Assembly: GCF_009914755.1 (NCBI RefSeq)
Contig: NC_060927.1
Source: the human T2T-CHM13v2.0 reference genome, Homo sapiens
Length of the DNA stretch: 64,000 nt
Strand: one strand, 5' to 3'
This document shows positions 38,640 through 52,511 of this stretch, piece after piece (the first letter of the stretch is position 1; each line of letters opens with the position of its first letter). Under the pieces are notes generated by a model. That model saw only the letters and a program-made list of their open reading frames with translations. It was not told the origin of the DNA and searched no databases. The position numbers were made by a program, and so were the translations under genes.

Positions 38640-40450
38640 AGAGTTTTACATTTAGAATATTTGCTGTTGGATTTTGGAAAACAGTCTTTATTATATTTAA
38701 ATTGTCTTTCTTTGTTCTTTCTTTTATTTTACTTAATATGTTATTAGGACTGGATGTTGACTTTTATCAAATGCCTTTTAATGTCTTTTAACAAGATAAT
38801 ATGACTTTTCCCCTTGAATTTGTTGAAAGCTTATATTGATAGATTAATAGATGTTGCATTTCTTGAATAAATCCTAGTTTGACACAATATATTATTACTT
38901 TTTCCGAAGTAACTTTATTCTGGTTTGGTACTAAAGTTATTCTGACTTTATAAAAATCAAATTAAATGATTTACTCATTTTTTATGATCTGGATTAGAAA
39001 TAGCTTTACAATTAACTATTCTTTAAAGTTTAGGTAAAATTTCAGCTGTGAACACATCTGATCTTTTATGTGATGACTGGTTTATTAGCATGTTTGTTAT
39101 CTAAGTTTTCAAATGTTTTATTTTATTACAACTGTAATGTATATGTTTACAGTTATATCTTCCTTCTATATTTATATCTTCCTTCTAATTGATGTCATGT
39201 ATTTTTGCTCATTGTGTTTTCTTTAATCATGCTCAGAGTATATCTATTTCATTAGTTTTTTTAAGGTTTTAGATTAATTTGTCTTTTCTTTCATTTCATT
39301 TTTTCCTATTCTATTAATTTCTACTTCTTTTTAAAAATTGCTTTTCTAATCTTTTCAGATGTATAGTACTAGCTTTACTTTCTCATCTTTCTTTTTTAAT
39401 AGTACAGGCATTTGGAGTTGTATATTTTAGGAGTAGTAAGTTACAGAATAAAGAGTCTCCCTTTGTAGTTCTTAGATAAATAATAATTTCCATTTGACTT
39501 TCCCTTTCTACAATGGTAATTCAAGAGTGCTTTTTAAAATTTTATTTCTAAGAAATAACCTTTCTTTAGTCACCTCTCATTTTCCTCTGTCACAAATTAT
39601 ACTTGATAGAAGACCATGGCTCATGGCTCACACCCAACTTTTAAAAATTTGTAAGGTTTTCCTTTGTTAGTCAAGTACATAATTATCACCATTATTATTA
39701 TTACTATGATTATTTTGTAATTGTGATTCTCTATTTGAAAGATGGAAGCTTTTTACAAATTCTTACCGATGTATGATACTCTTCAATTGCTTTATGATTT
39801 TACTAATTTTTTGCATATTTAATCTGTCCAATTCTTAGAGAGAGCTATCACTTCCTTAAATTAGTGTTACCTATTATAACTTTTTAAAAGTTCTCAAATT
39901 TTTAATTGTTTTTGCTTTATGTATTTAGCTAGTTGATGTTTTTTAATTGGTGGGTAAATATAGGTTTATGATTATCATTGCTTCAAGTAGTATCAGTTTT
40001 ATCATTATATAATATTTTTTATCCTCTATAGTGCTTTTAAGTTTAAATATATCAGCTGCCACTAATATTATAACTTTCTATTAGCTTGCATTTGTATGAT
40101 ACCTCTTTTTTCACCTCTTTATCTTCAATCTTTGTTCACCTTTATCTTATTTTCTTTTAAATAGCATATACATGGGTTAAATTTGCTTTAACCCAATCTG
40201 ACGTCTCAGTCTTTCAAAGGGAAAATTCTGCCTACAAATGATATAGTAACCATTGTACTTGATTTTATGTCTTCCTTTACACTTTATTTTAATTATTTAT
40301 TTTATATTACTTCTTTTTTTTTCTTTCCCTTATCTTTGCTGATCATGCTATTATCTATTGTGGTTTTTCTTTTTTTTTTTTTCTTGTTAATTTGGGACTT
40401 TTATGGTACTATTCCATCAATGATTATCTTTTCTCACACTATTTTTGAAC
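38640..40450 (-). mobile_element. Ancient L1M (L1ME-like) ORF2 remnants
   Basis: Very T-rich top strand with L1 motifs tttatcaaatgcctttt, ttgcatttcttgaataaatcctagtttg, acccaatctgac; boundaries approximate. Confidence 0.55.
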
Positions 40451-41265
40451 ATTAAATGCACATTTTCACACCAGAACACACTATACAACCAAGATGCTAT
40501 ATTTCTTCTCAATGTGCTCCCTCTCCTGTCCTCTGTAATATGAGATCTTAAATGCTTGGCCTTCTCCTCCTTTCCCCAGATAGGAATCCTTTGGAAGGAT
40601 TTTTACTTATCCCCTCCCCTAGCCTGGCTCCTAGTTTTTGCTGAGTCAGCCTAGAACTCTTGTTCCAAGTTTTTAAAAATAATAATCTGAATTCCTCTTT
40701 CAGTAAGACTATTTATTCTACTTCAAGAGTCCTTACAGAGCACTGTTGCCACATGTTGCCAGCCAGCCTTTTCCTATCCAACGTTTGTGTATGTGTCTGT
40801 GAGTGTGAACGTGTGTACCAAGTGTCATTGATCGTCATGTATTCTTTTCATCAGCCTCCATCAGTTGTTTGATTCTTTCAACAAATCTTCCTTTAGTAAA
40901 CAAGACCTATTGGAGTACTGCTCTTTTAAGACTATGATGAGAAAATTCAATAAATCTTGCTTACAACAGGTTTCCAGCTTTACCTCTTCTCAGAGAAAAT
41001 AATATACTGTCTCTTTCTTAAACTTTTTCTTCTTCTGCCCCTGTAGCTCTTGTTTTTAGCTGTTCAGTTGTTTGGATTAAATCCTCAAGTCTCTTGTCTT
41101 TTTCTGATTCTTTACATTTTTGCTCTGTGCCTCAAAATGTATCTTGCACTTGATCTTCACCTCAACAGTGACCAGCTTCTTTGATATCTAATAAAAAGTT
41201 TAGTTGGAAGGTCATGTGTTTAGCTCTAAAAATTGTGTCCAGAACTTGAATTTTGTTATTTACAT

Positions 41266-41269
<4 letters not shown>

Positions 41270-41309
<40 letters not shown>

Positions 41310-41317
41310 AGAGAGAG
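41270..41317. repeat. Compound (CA)n(GA)n microsatellite
   Basis: acacacac...cacagagagagagaga. Confidence 0.95.
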
Positions 41318-43894
41318 AATGTTGTATTTTGTCTCCTTTTGAAGTTCTATTTTGCTGGTCGTGTATTCAGTTTGCTTGGCATACTCATTTTCTTTCTAGC
41401 TGCTGAATCCCCTTAGATGGGTTGTTATTTTCTTTGTCAGCTGATTGGTATCACATATGATCCCTGGAGAATCCAAGTGGTAGCATTCTGGGAGTGTCTA
41501 CTCCCATGGGCCCTTGACATACAAGTAGGCAGTGTTAGCCCCCTCCTGAACACCTGAAGGAAGCCTCTTTGTTTTCAGATATCTTCATATTCTCCCAGGC
41601 TTAGTGCCAAAGAGGAGACAACCCACATGTTTCGCTATTTATTTTCTTGTTGGATTCCATAGAAACCAAACAAATTATAGTAAGGAGCTTCCCTAGGAAT
41701 TTATAGATCCCATGGGTCAAGTCTTCCAATGATATGCTATTTTCTTGTCATTGCCTTATGACTTCCAGCAGTAAGTTTCCAGGCATTCATCCATTCCTTG
41801 GAGTTTTCTTCACAAGAAATCCAGCAGAGCTCAGGGTCACACCTGCAAAGGGCCATCAGTCTATTGGAGAAAGGAAAAGAGTGGAAGTGAGCCACACTCA
41901 ACGAACTGTATCGTAAAATCTCTTCTTTGTTAATACATTTTTGCACTTACTATTGTTTTTGTTAAATAACTCACTTACTAAACAATTCTTCATCATTTAA
42001 TACAATTGAGTAATTTGCAAATTAATATCACAAACATGACCATTAATAAATACAGTATTAAATAAAAATAGACAATTATCCAAGTTATCATGAAAATATA
42101 AGGGAAAGAGGAAGGTTAGTCCTAATCCTTTTTAAAACACAAATTTGCCACAATTATTTTGGCCTGTGCTACCACTTCTCAGTTGAGAAATACAAGACTA
42201 TCACCTGTAGTCATGCAGGTTTTTTATGCTGTGATTCCAGAGCCGCCATTCATATATGTAGACATCATAGTGTTTTTCTACTTATTGAGATTATTTTCTA
42301 ACAGAAGGTTCATAAATCTGATGAAGGGGTGGCTTTTTCTAATTTTTACAAAGTCACCATCTGGCCACACGCATGGTTAAGATTTCACCAAAGTGTCTCT
42401 ATTTCATAAACTTCATTTTCTAAGAGAAATGGAAAAGGTAACGCTTTAAACTTAAAGATAATGTCAAGTTGTTTTGAATGGCTTGTTTGATTTTGTAATG
42501 CATTCTAGTACTTCTACCCAAGACTTTTTCTTTTAGTTGGCAAAACTCTAGTGATTTTTTTCTTCAAAAATTCTGTGATTGTTTTTTAAATTTCCCTTCA
42601 GAAATGATAGATTCATGGAATGTTTATCCATTGTATTCTTGTATAAGAAAAAATGTCATTCTCTATTTCCATGATAATATACTCAAATTTTAAATAAACA
42701 TTTGGGTACATTCTACACTTTTTGACAAGTCTGGATGCTTCTCATTATGTGTTTTCCAGACATAGTTGGGTCATGCTATCAACCTTGTTGCTATCAAGCA
42801 CTTTGTAGAGAGCTTTAAGGATGTCAGTTTTGACACGTGTCTATAATTTCAGGTTATTCTTAATTTCCTTCATTATCTTGCATATTTCCTGATATTTCAA
42901 GCTCATTTTAAGAGTTACTGTTTTTAACTAGCCAGAGAGCTATCACAGTTGAAAATATAACTTTAGAATTAGCATACTTAAGACATAAATTAGGTATGGC
43001 CCTAGAATCATGCACACACACACACAATTTAAGTTACTTCACTGGTAGAAATTAAAATAAAACAGGGACTCATTTAAATTAACATTTAATTGAATGCAAT
43101 TTTAGCAAGATGTTGATCTGATTTGTATGTGGGCAGTTTTCTTATGTGTAACAACCAAAAAAATACTGAATCTTAGAAAGGAAATAAACTCTTTCTCCAT
43201 ATAGCAAGCAACATAGGTTTCTTCTAACTTGCCAAGAAATTGTACGCTCCCATCCTTTTGTATTAGCATCACCAGTTCTCACTGAGGACTTGTTTTCTGT
43301 TCATTTTGACTTCTATCACAAAAGCTCCCTGAAGACAAAATAGTTGCAGATTCCCAATGACTCCCAGTTCATAAAATTGATATTTTTTTCCGAGTTTACG
43401 TTATTAATGATGTTGAATAACCTGATCTTATGCATCTGTTAAAAACTTTACAGAACACAAAAATTCAAAACTCCTGTCCCTACAGTCTTGGAGCAAATTG
43501 ATTTTCCAGGAAGACACACCAGATTTACCATGTGGATTTGCTTACATCAGAATCCCCTGGAAGTAGAAATACCCAAGGTTTTAAAGGACACAGTGAGGAA
43601 GAGATTTTGCTTTGAACAATAGGAACAACATGAATCTAGGGACCAGACTTTGCAGTAGTTCTTCACTTTCCCTCTTCCCACAATAAGAATGAAAACATTT
43701 CTACTTCAAGAAACTGAAATAAAAATGCCAACACTAGTTATTCTTTTCCTTTGCCCCCTTTCTCTCCCCTCTTGTTACATGACAAGTGATTTCCACTTTA
43801 GTCCCAAAAGCAAAAAGAAAATGAAATAAACCTGTGTGGAAGACTGGAATAAAGCATTCTTTTCTCACCATGATGACTCTTCTGCCAAAAGTAG

Positions 43895-44420
43895 AGTCAT
43901 ACTCCACTCATGGGACTATGAAAATGGTACAACCCTTCAACAGAGCAACTCAGCAAGAACATACCAAGACCCTTTAGAATACTCGTACATTTCAGCCCAA
44001 CAATCCACGCATGGAAATCTATCCTAAAGTAATGTAATCAGAGATGTAGACGAAGATTTTGGTACTAAGCCTTCAGCAAAGCCATTTTGCTAATGAAAAA
44101 GGAAGATAACCTGTGTGTTAACCAATGAGGGTTGTTGAAAAAAATTACAGAAGATGCATATGACAAAATACTATATGTTTATTAAAAAGATTTAAAGATT
44201 TCAAAATAACATGGAAAACATAAGGATAAGGAGAAAATAAATATATAAAACTAGATGCAATAAAATGCTCTTTAATATTATAATAGAAGTTATCTCTGGA
44301 TTGTGGGATGATAGGAAACTTTTAAAATACTCTTTGTATACTTTTAATTTTTATGTTTTTTCGATACTCCAATTTTTCAATACTGAGTGTGTATCCCTTT
44401 CATAATCTGAATTAAACAAG
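43895..44420 (+). mobile_element. Ancient L1ME 3' end
   Basis: aaatggtacaaccctt...caacaatccac...ggaaatctatcctaa...gttatctctggattgtgggatgatagg. Confidence 0.6.
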
Positions 44421-45841
44421 GTTTAGGGATTTTTTGTTTCATTTTTAAGGAATAAAACAGGACATACAATGACACTACCATCCTATCTAACTTACACCCT
44501 TTATGAAAGCAACTTTACAAATATACTTCAATATGCAAATGTATGTGTTTATATCCATTTTGCCAATTCCTTTTCTAAGTAAATTATGAAACAAGGAAAT
44601 ATTTATTAAGACTTTTCTAGATGCCTAGAATTTAATAAGCCCTTAAAAATTCTCCACCTAGCAAAGACACAATACATTTATCAGGATTATGCTGTCATTT
44701 TGTAAAGTGAACGTTTCACAAAAAATATTCACATTTTGCTAAATAGCATTTTGTTTATTAAGTGGTTCTTCTTTTACTCTAAGAATCTAGCAACATAAAA
44801 TGAGCTAATAAAATATACACATAAATGTAAATACCAACATACACATAAATCTTTGCCTTTTATAGCTAACCTTAGAGCTCTCTGCATACCAAAGATTTTT
44901 GTTTTTGTTCCATTTTGTTTGGAAGACAGATGTCTTTTAATTAACATAATATTGAAAGCAGCAGGTATCATATCTAATGCTATGTTGTATAGCAACCAGT
45001 ATCATCTTCCCATTGATTGCACATAGATACACAGAGCCTGGAGTGCCACATTCATATAGTCCATATTTCCAATAAGCAGGAAGACTGCAGCTAGGTCCTG
45101 GGAAGTAGGAGATTCCAAATGAAATAAAACCTCAGCAACTGTCAATGCTCTATTTTATGTTTTATTTTAAAACTGATTTATGTTCAGTACTCTGACAGGC
45201 TTCAGAAGGATGGTAATGAAGCCCCAATAAGCTTCTGCCAAATGCAATGCCTCAGCCAAAGAACTATTGCTTCTGAAAGTGGTTAAACTAGCTTATTCCA
45301 GTGCTTTCTCATGGGATCCAAGAGTGGGCTCTGCAGCATCTCTATCTGTGTTTGGTGGGGAATCAGGGAGGTGTTGGAGAGGATGTTACTATTCTGAAAA
45401 TTTAGATAAAATTAATTAATATGTATATTATATTATTATGTACCTCCTTCTCCCATTTGACCACATGCACACAGAATGGTAATAACTCTATATAAAACCT
45501 GCAGGTAAGGCTAACTGCCACAAGGTTGGTGGTGGGGGTTAGGACCTATAGGACTTGCTCTCCTAATTGTGATAGAGACGGGAAAGCAATCAAATAATCC
45601 AAGAACATGACCCAAATCGTGGTCGTACTGGGTGGGTTTTTGCTTGTAACCCACCGGTCAGGAAGTCCTGGGCAGCTGCAATTATTACAGAATTATTCAA
45701 TATTGAGTCTGTAATTAGAATTATTATGAATTTCTATAGTTCACCTTTTAAAAATATTTAGCAACTCTATCTTAAAAACATAAGTTGCAATAAAACAAAA
45801 TGTTTCTTAAAAAGCCATGAGTATTTGTCACATAGAAGGAG

Positions 45842-45844
<3 letters not shown>

Positions 45845-45880
<36 letters not shown>
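45845..45880. repeat. (TA)n microsatellite
   Basis: Uninterrupted TA run of about 18 units. Confidence 0.95.
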
Positions 45881-45882
<2 letters not shown>

Positions 45883-45925
45883 CAGCAATCTCTTATTTTA
45901 TGCTTTTTTCTGTAGTTTATTTTAA

Positions 45926-47070
45926 AAACTTTATTTTTTAGAGCAGTTTTAGGTTCACAGCAAAGTTGAGAGGAAGACACAGAGGTTTCTCATATACCCC
46001 CTCACTGTATTCCTTGCCCCACATATGAAGAGATTTCCCCGTTATCCACATCTCCCACCAGAGTGGTACATTGATTAAAATTGGTGAACCTATATTTAAT
46101 TTTTAAATTGATGAAACTATATTTAGATTCATCATAATTACCCAAAGTCCATAGTCTACATTAAGGTTCACTCTTGGTGATGTACATTCTATGGGTTTGG
46201 ACAAATGTATTATGACATGATCCGTCACTACAGTATTATACAGACTATTTCCACTGCCCTAAAAATTTTCTGTGCTTCACCCACTTATCCCTCCCCTGAC
46301 CTCCCATCTCCTGGGAACCAATGATCTTTTTACTGTCTCCATTGTTTTCACTTTTCCAGAACATCAGGTTGCTGGAATCAGTAGGTAGACTTCTCAGATT
46401 GGCTTCTTTCACTTAGTAATGCTCATTTGACTATCCTCCATGTCTTTTCATGGCTTGAGAGCTCTTCTTTTTCAGTGCTGAATAATATTCCATTGTCTGG
46501 GTGTACCACAGTTTATTTTTTTCAGCTACTGAAGGACATCTTGGTTGCTTCCAAAGTTTGGCAATTATGAATAAAGCTGCTATAAACATTTGTGTGCAGG
46601 TTTTTGTGTAGACATAAGTTTTCAGCTCTTTTGGATAAATACCAAAGAGCCTGTTTGCTGGATCATATGGTAAGAGTATGCTTTGCTTATTGTCTTCCAA
46701 AGTGGCTGCACCATTTTGCATTTCCACCAGCAATGAATGATAGTTCCTGTTGCTCTTGCATCCTGTTGCTCTCCAGAATTTGGTGTTGTCACTGTTCTAG
46801 ATTTTGGCTCTTCTAATAGGTGCATAGTGGTAGTGTGTTGTTGTTTTAATTTGCATTTTCCTGATGACATATGATGTGGAGCATCTTTTCATATGCTTAT
46901 TCGCCATCCATATATCTTCCTTAGTGAAGTGTCTGTTAAGGTCTTTGGAACATTTTTTAATCAGGTTGTGTGTTTTTCTTATTGCTAGGTCTTAAGTGTT
47001 CCTTGTATAGCTTGGATAGCAGTCCTTTATAAAATATGTCTTGTGAATATTTTCTACCAGTGCGTAGCTT
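45926..47070 (-). mobile_element. L1MC1-like 3' fragment
   Basis: ttagagcagttttaggttcacagcaaagttgag 3' end; ORF track shows L1 ORF2 C-terminal remnants (YPKELKTYV.TKTCTQMFIAALFIIAK.WKQPRCPS). Confidence 0.88.
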
Positions 47071-49139
47071 CTCTTTGTTGTCTCTCTTATTTTAAAATTT
47101 TTTTTAAAAAATCTTCTGCTGCATATATTAGTAGAAGTTTTAACTAAAAAATACAGGACCTAGGTGAAAAGTTTTATGAAATAAAAAGAACACTGGATTA
47201 TGAGGACATACGCACAGGCTACGTGATTGCAAAAAAAATCATTAAACCTCCCTTATCCTCAATTTGCCTAGATGGAAATGTAACTATTAATATTTGCCTT
47301 GCCACCCAATAACTTTATTCTAAAAGTATCAAATATGATGTGGGCAAATATACTCCAGAAATGTAAACTTTTAGAAATTATGATTTCATGAAAACTTTTT
47401 TAGAGAAATTTAAATTTGAAGGACAATTTTTGTGAAAAGTGATATGGACCAATTAAAGCATTTCATTTCTATTTTAGAAATAAGATGCTGGTTTGATGTT
47501 AGATTTTCTTCAACTGTTGTCTTTAATTGCTTTCTAAGTTTGTGCATTTGAGTTTATACTAGAAAATGCCTTTTGTATGCACCTAATGTGGAACTGTAGA
47601 TCACTTCAAAGTGAGTCAGCTTCAACATTCACAGAAATATAATAGTAAGGAAGCAGTGTCTAAACTAACTTTCCTGTTGTTCCTGGAAAAATAGTCATAA
47701 TAGGGCAAAAGCAGTTACTTGCTGTATTATTCAGAGCATAAATTATATACTCCAAAATATAATTAGCACTTGTGTCTGTAACAGATAGCTACATTTTCTG
47801 GTTATGTATCTATCAAATTTTCATTTTAATAGTGATGACTCATAATGAAATTATGCATTCATTGTTCCATTCATTAAACCATTTCACTGGCGGGCTGTGC
47901 ACGTAAACTGCAAATTCTGTGTATGTGTGATCACACCACTCTCCCCCAGTCTCCAGTTCTTAACCTAATATTTGTTAACACACACAAATTCTTTCCAGAA
48001 CAAGTTCTCTGATGTACATTCAGGGAGCAGATGCTGTTGAAATGTTATCAAGTTACAGATGCACAAAATATTCTTGCTGAATGTGTTTGGTAATATAGCT
48101 CTGAAATATCACTTCAGTCCCTGCCTTCTGCCGGCCCAAACTTCACTCTCTGGGGAACCATCCAGAAAAGTAATGCTAAGAGTTACTAAATTCACTCCTC
48201 CGATCAGCTGTTTTCAAAATGGTAGAACAAGCTTTCAACAAATTCAGCATAGGTTTCTCTCTTGTTGAAGAAGGTATGAGCTTCAAAGACACTTTATTAT
48301 CTGAAACTTCATGATAGAGGTAAAACTAAAGGAACAGCTATTGAAATGTGATCCAGAAAACAAAACAAATGCAAGAAAGAGATTGTATCTTATATGATTC
48401 AACAGGAGAAATTTTTCTCTCTTCTACCTCCCCTAGAGAGGTTCTTTTCATGCTTCCTTTTCTTCCTATCCCTTTTCTCCTCTCTTTCCTATTGTGGCCC
48501 TCTCCTCATCTTCAATCATGCATCTCCCTCTTTCTTCCTGCTCTGTGATAACTAACATTTATTTCAGTACATCTCTTTGTAAAGAGCTTCACTCATACAT
48601 TATGTCCTTTCATTCACATCACTGCAGTCTTAGAACAGCCATTGCTATCATTTCATTTGAACACAGTGAACTGGAAACAGGCTAGCAGAACTGTTTCCAA
48701 GTCAGGCTGCCTTATTTCAAAGCCTGTGCCCTCTTCCAATACCATGCTATCTCAAGAAATTCTTTCCTTCCTTCCTCATAAATCTCTTTTCTCCTTTTTC
48801 TCTTCTTTCTCCTCCTTCAGCGTCCCTTCCTCATTTCCTCCTCCTCTTTCACTACCACAACAAACCATCTTATGCTCCATCCCCATTCCCATCTGAACAC
48901 TGCTCCTTCCAGAAACCTCCTTTATTCTCAGATGGGTCTGAGTTAGGGGCTTTCTTTGCTCCTCCAGGAACAGAGCCTCCAGAAAGCGTCACTAACAATC
49001 CCTGCCCCAGGCCCACCTTCTCGCTTTATCCCATTATCAAAATCTTATTCATTTATCTCTTGTATTTTTAGCCACTGTTTTCTGAATTAGCCACAGATAA
49101 AAATTGGAGGGAAGTATACGACTGGGGTATTTTTTCTGA

Positions 49140-49262
49140 TCCCTCCTCTCTGCTTTCTTCCCCTCCCCTCTTCTCCCTTCTCTTCTCCTCTCCTATTCTC
49201 TTCTCTTCTCCTCTCCTATTCTCTTCTCTTCTCTTCTCTTCTTTTCTCTTCTTTTCTCTCTC
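49140..49262. repeat. (CTTCT)n polypyrimidine tract
   Basis: Near-pure C/T run with repeated ttctc and ctcctattctc units. Confidence 0.85.
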
Positions 49263-49331
49263 TAAATCATATAGTGGTGGTGTTTAGGTTATAATTTAAA
49301 CACTTCCTTACATTTGAAAAAATAACTGTGA

Positions 49332-49678
<347 letters not shown>

Positions 49679-50327
49679 CCATTATTATTAAAAGAGAATA
49701 TCACAAATACTTTTCCCCTGAAATAATTCTTCTATTACAAATGTTTGGATTATTTGCTTGCCTATAAAAGACAGGATTTTCATAAAATCTTTAAGCATTG
49801 TTTTTCAACAATTTCTTTTCGGAGTTTTTATACTCACACTTCAGTGGTATCAGTTACTCCAATTACAAACTGTGAAGTTGAGGTACTAAAGAAAATAATT
49901 TTGTATTCGCTGGACTCCTCACAACTGTGAAAATTTAATTACGCTGGTGAGAAATAGTTCCTCTTGGATGACCATGAGGCTAGTGAAATGTCTTGGACTC
50001 TTAACATAAAAGAATTTTTTTTCTTTTACTACTTGGAAAACTGAAAATTTGAAAAAGTCTTTTTCTCTTTTTCCTACCAATTTAATGGGCAAAGATTTTT
50101 TTTTTTTAATTTGAGTTGCAATAAGTATTTTCTGACTTTGGTTGTCCCAGGAAAACCACTATAAGGATACTCAAAGAGAATAAAATTATGGTTTGTGATA
50201 CTAGGAGAGTTTTCCTCTAAATCACGTTTTATTCCTGAGAAGAAACTGTAACCAGTCAAGTAACAACTAAAACTCACACACCATTAGGGCATATTCAAAC
50301 TGACAACTAGGAGTTTAGAAAAAGAAA

Positions 50328-50540
50328 GGTTTGAGAACACCCTGGGTAACATAGTGGACCCCTGTCTCGAAAGAGAGAGAGAGAGTGAGAGAGAGAGAGA
50401 GTGAGAGAGAGAGAGAGGAAAAGAAAAGAAAGAGAGAGAGGGAGAGAGGGAAGGAGGGAGGGAGAGAGGGAGGGAGGAAAGAAGGAAGGAAGGAAGACAG
50501 AGAGGGAGGGAGGGAGGGAGGGACAAAGGAGCAGAGGAAA
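50328..50540 (+). repeat. Short Alu/FLAM fragment followed by a (GA)n/(GGAA)n/(GGGA)n polypurine tract
   Basis: gtttgagaacaccctgggtaacatagtggacccctgtctc then about 170 nt almost purely A/G. Confidence 0.85.
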
Positions 50541-51667
50541 CAGCGTCTTTGCTTTATCAGACATCTGAGCAATTCAGATATTCAGTTATTACATATAATA
50601 AAATAATGGATGCTATGACCCGATCATTAGAGCATTTCTAGATTACAAAACTACCAATAATTAAGTAGTGGTGATTTATAATCATTCTCTCTAATATTTT
50701 GTTGTAGTAGTTTGTAGCAGTTTTTGTTTGTTAATTGCTACTCATTTTTAGTTCTATAGGCCAGTATAATATATGTCCATCCATATTACATCTGCTGCTC
50801 TCTTTAAGCCCTTCCCTGGAGCACACCATCTAGTTTCCGTAGTAACTACTACAATACTATTGCTCCTGGAGTAGCAGGAAGAAAGGAAATGCGGAAGAGA
50901 ATGAATAAATTGTGTAGTTCTATTAAGAACTTTCTCCGCTTCCTTACTTGCAAAGGTACTTAACTTTTCAGAGTAGCACTTCCAGCTAACTGATACCCTC
51001 TTCTCTGACCAATGTTAAGAAATCCCTCTTCTATCTTCCATGATCATGACTGTCCAAAGTGGAGCAAGATAACGTACACATTCCCATTCTTTCCATCCAT
51101 CATTCATTCTTGCCGTTTGACAGTTGTGCATGGCATGTGATTGCTTCAGCCTGAAACACAAAGCTTTGTAAGTCAGCATAAAATAAACACTTTATGCACT
51201 GAATGATCCATTCAGTCTAGTTGATCTATAATTTGAGATTTTGTGTACATGTGTACCTTAAGTCATATCTCAGTAATAATGAGAACTTTTCCTATTTGGA
51301 TTGATTTTCATACCTAACTCCAGAGAACACTTATTTTTGTAACTGGGAAGAGCAGGAATCCCTTACTGGGAGTGAGAAAATTGTTTGGAGAATCCTAGAG
51401 TGTTTACTACCAAGTTTTCTTTCCATATAGAAAATATCTATTTGGCTCTCTCTCCTATAGTTAAGGAGGATTTGGAAATCTGATCCAGTGCAGGGCGATG
51501 TCGGTCTGGGAAGGAAGACTGTGAGCCCTCTCTCCCTTTTTAATATGAGAATTCGAAAGCAGTGGGGAAGTGATGTTGGACCTATCACAGCATTGCTAAC
51601 AGACAGCCTATTACAGTATTTAATAAAAACAGAAACAGCATGCCTATCATAGGCTAATAAATCCTAC

Positions 51668-52019
51668 CTCCTGCACGCTTTAAAACAGTATGAAGCAGCT
51701 TTAACGGAGCTCCAGATAACTAATTTCAAGCATGGCTGTCTAGCGTGCCTGTCACTCCTATTGTCCTTCCAAACTCTTTCAGACATTTTGAGCAGGGAGT
51801 ATTAAAGCTATGAGTTAGAAAGGGTTGTGACATTAATGGTCCACAAAGGCTTTAGGCACAAGAGGTAATGATGATTACCGGTGGCTATTTGGAGGACTGC
51901 ACCGGATCGCTGTCATTAAAAATTAAGCGTGGCTTTTGAGGAAGATGTGACAACTACCGGAGGTAGGATTTGCATGTAAAACAAAGGAATCTGTTGCTGT
52001 TTCATGCTTTTTGTTTGTT
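51668..52019 (-). other. Candidate exon D (internal or first exon) of an unidentified minus-strand transcript
   Basis: Long pyrimidine-rich stretch then cacgccacag| at 52020; donor GAG|GTAGGA at 51668/51667; repeat-free, CpG-enriched context. Confidence 0.4.
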
Positions 52020-52261
52020 CTGTGGCGTGAGGATCGTGAATTGCAGCCAGGTGCGGAGTGAGAAGCAGCAAGAGGAGGGAGAGGGGAGTGGGAGACGCTC
52101 TGCTTAGAGCAAAACACAGTGGACAGTATTATGTTTTATGGCAGAAATGCCTCCAGGACAAACTGGCTCCAGGCTTACAGCTTGCTGAGTGTGCATTCCA
52201 CGTTGCTTTTCCTGTGGAGTAGAATGCTTAGAGGTCACGAAGGAAACACTTTGCCTCTTAC

Positions 52262-52306
52262 CTGTGGTGCCGGCTGGGCTACTGTACTGGTAGGGTCGAG
52301 TGAAGA
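52262..52306 (-). other. Candidate 45-nt exon C
   Basis: Pyrimidine tract cttcctctttatttttcttggacctttatgccttccacccaccaaag| and strong donor CAG|GTAAGA. Confidence 0.5.
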
Positions 52307-52511
52307 CTTTGGTGGGTGGAAGGCATAAAGGTCCAAGAAAAATAAAGAGGAAGCTGTCCTTAAGATTTGAAACCTGTTATTTTATTTCTACAGTCAATGT
52401 GTTTTGATGGTCAGAGTCTGATTTTTCAAAGGGGAAATTGGAAGATTACGACAAATTTCCCTGACAAAGAACTATTTCCTATGTAATCCATTATAAAAGA
52501 AAATTGGGTAC

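Noticed and set aside
51490-51530. Possible pre-miRNA hairpin agggc..cggtct..agactg..gccct (and ccagcc/ggctgg near 53457-53480)
   Set aside because: Stems too short and interrupted; no mature miRNA sequence that I recognise
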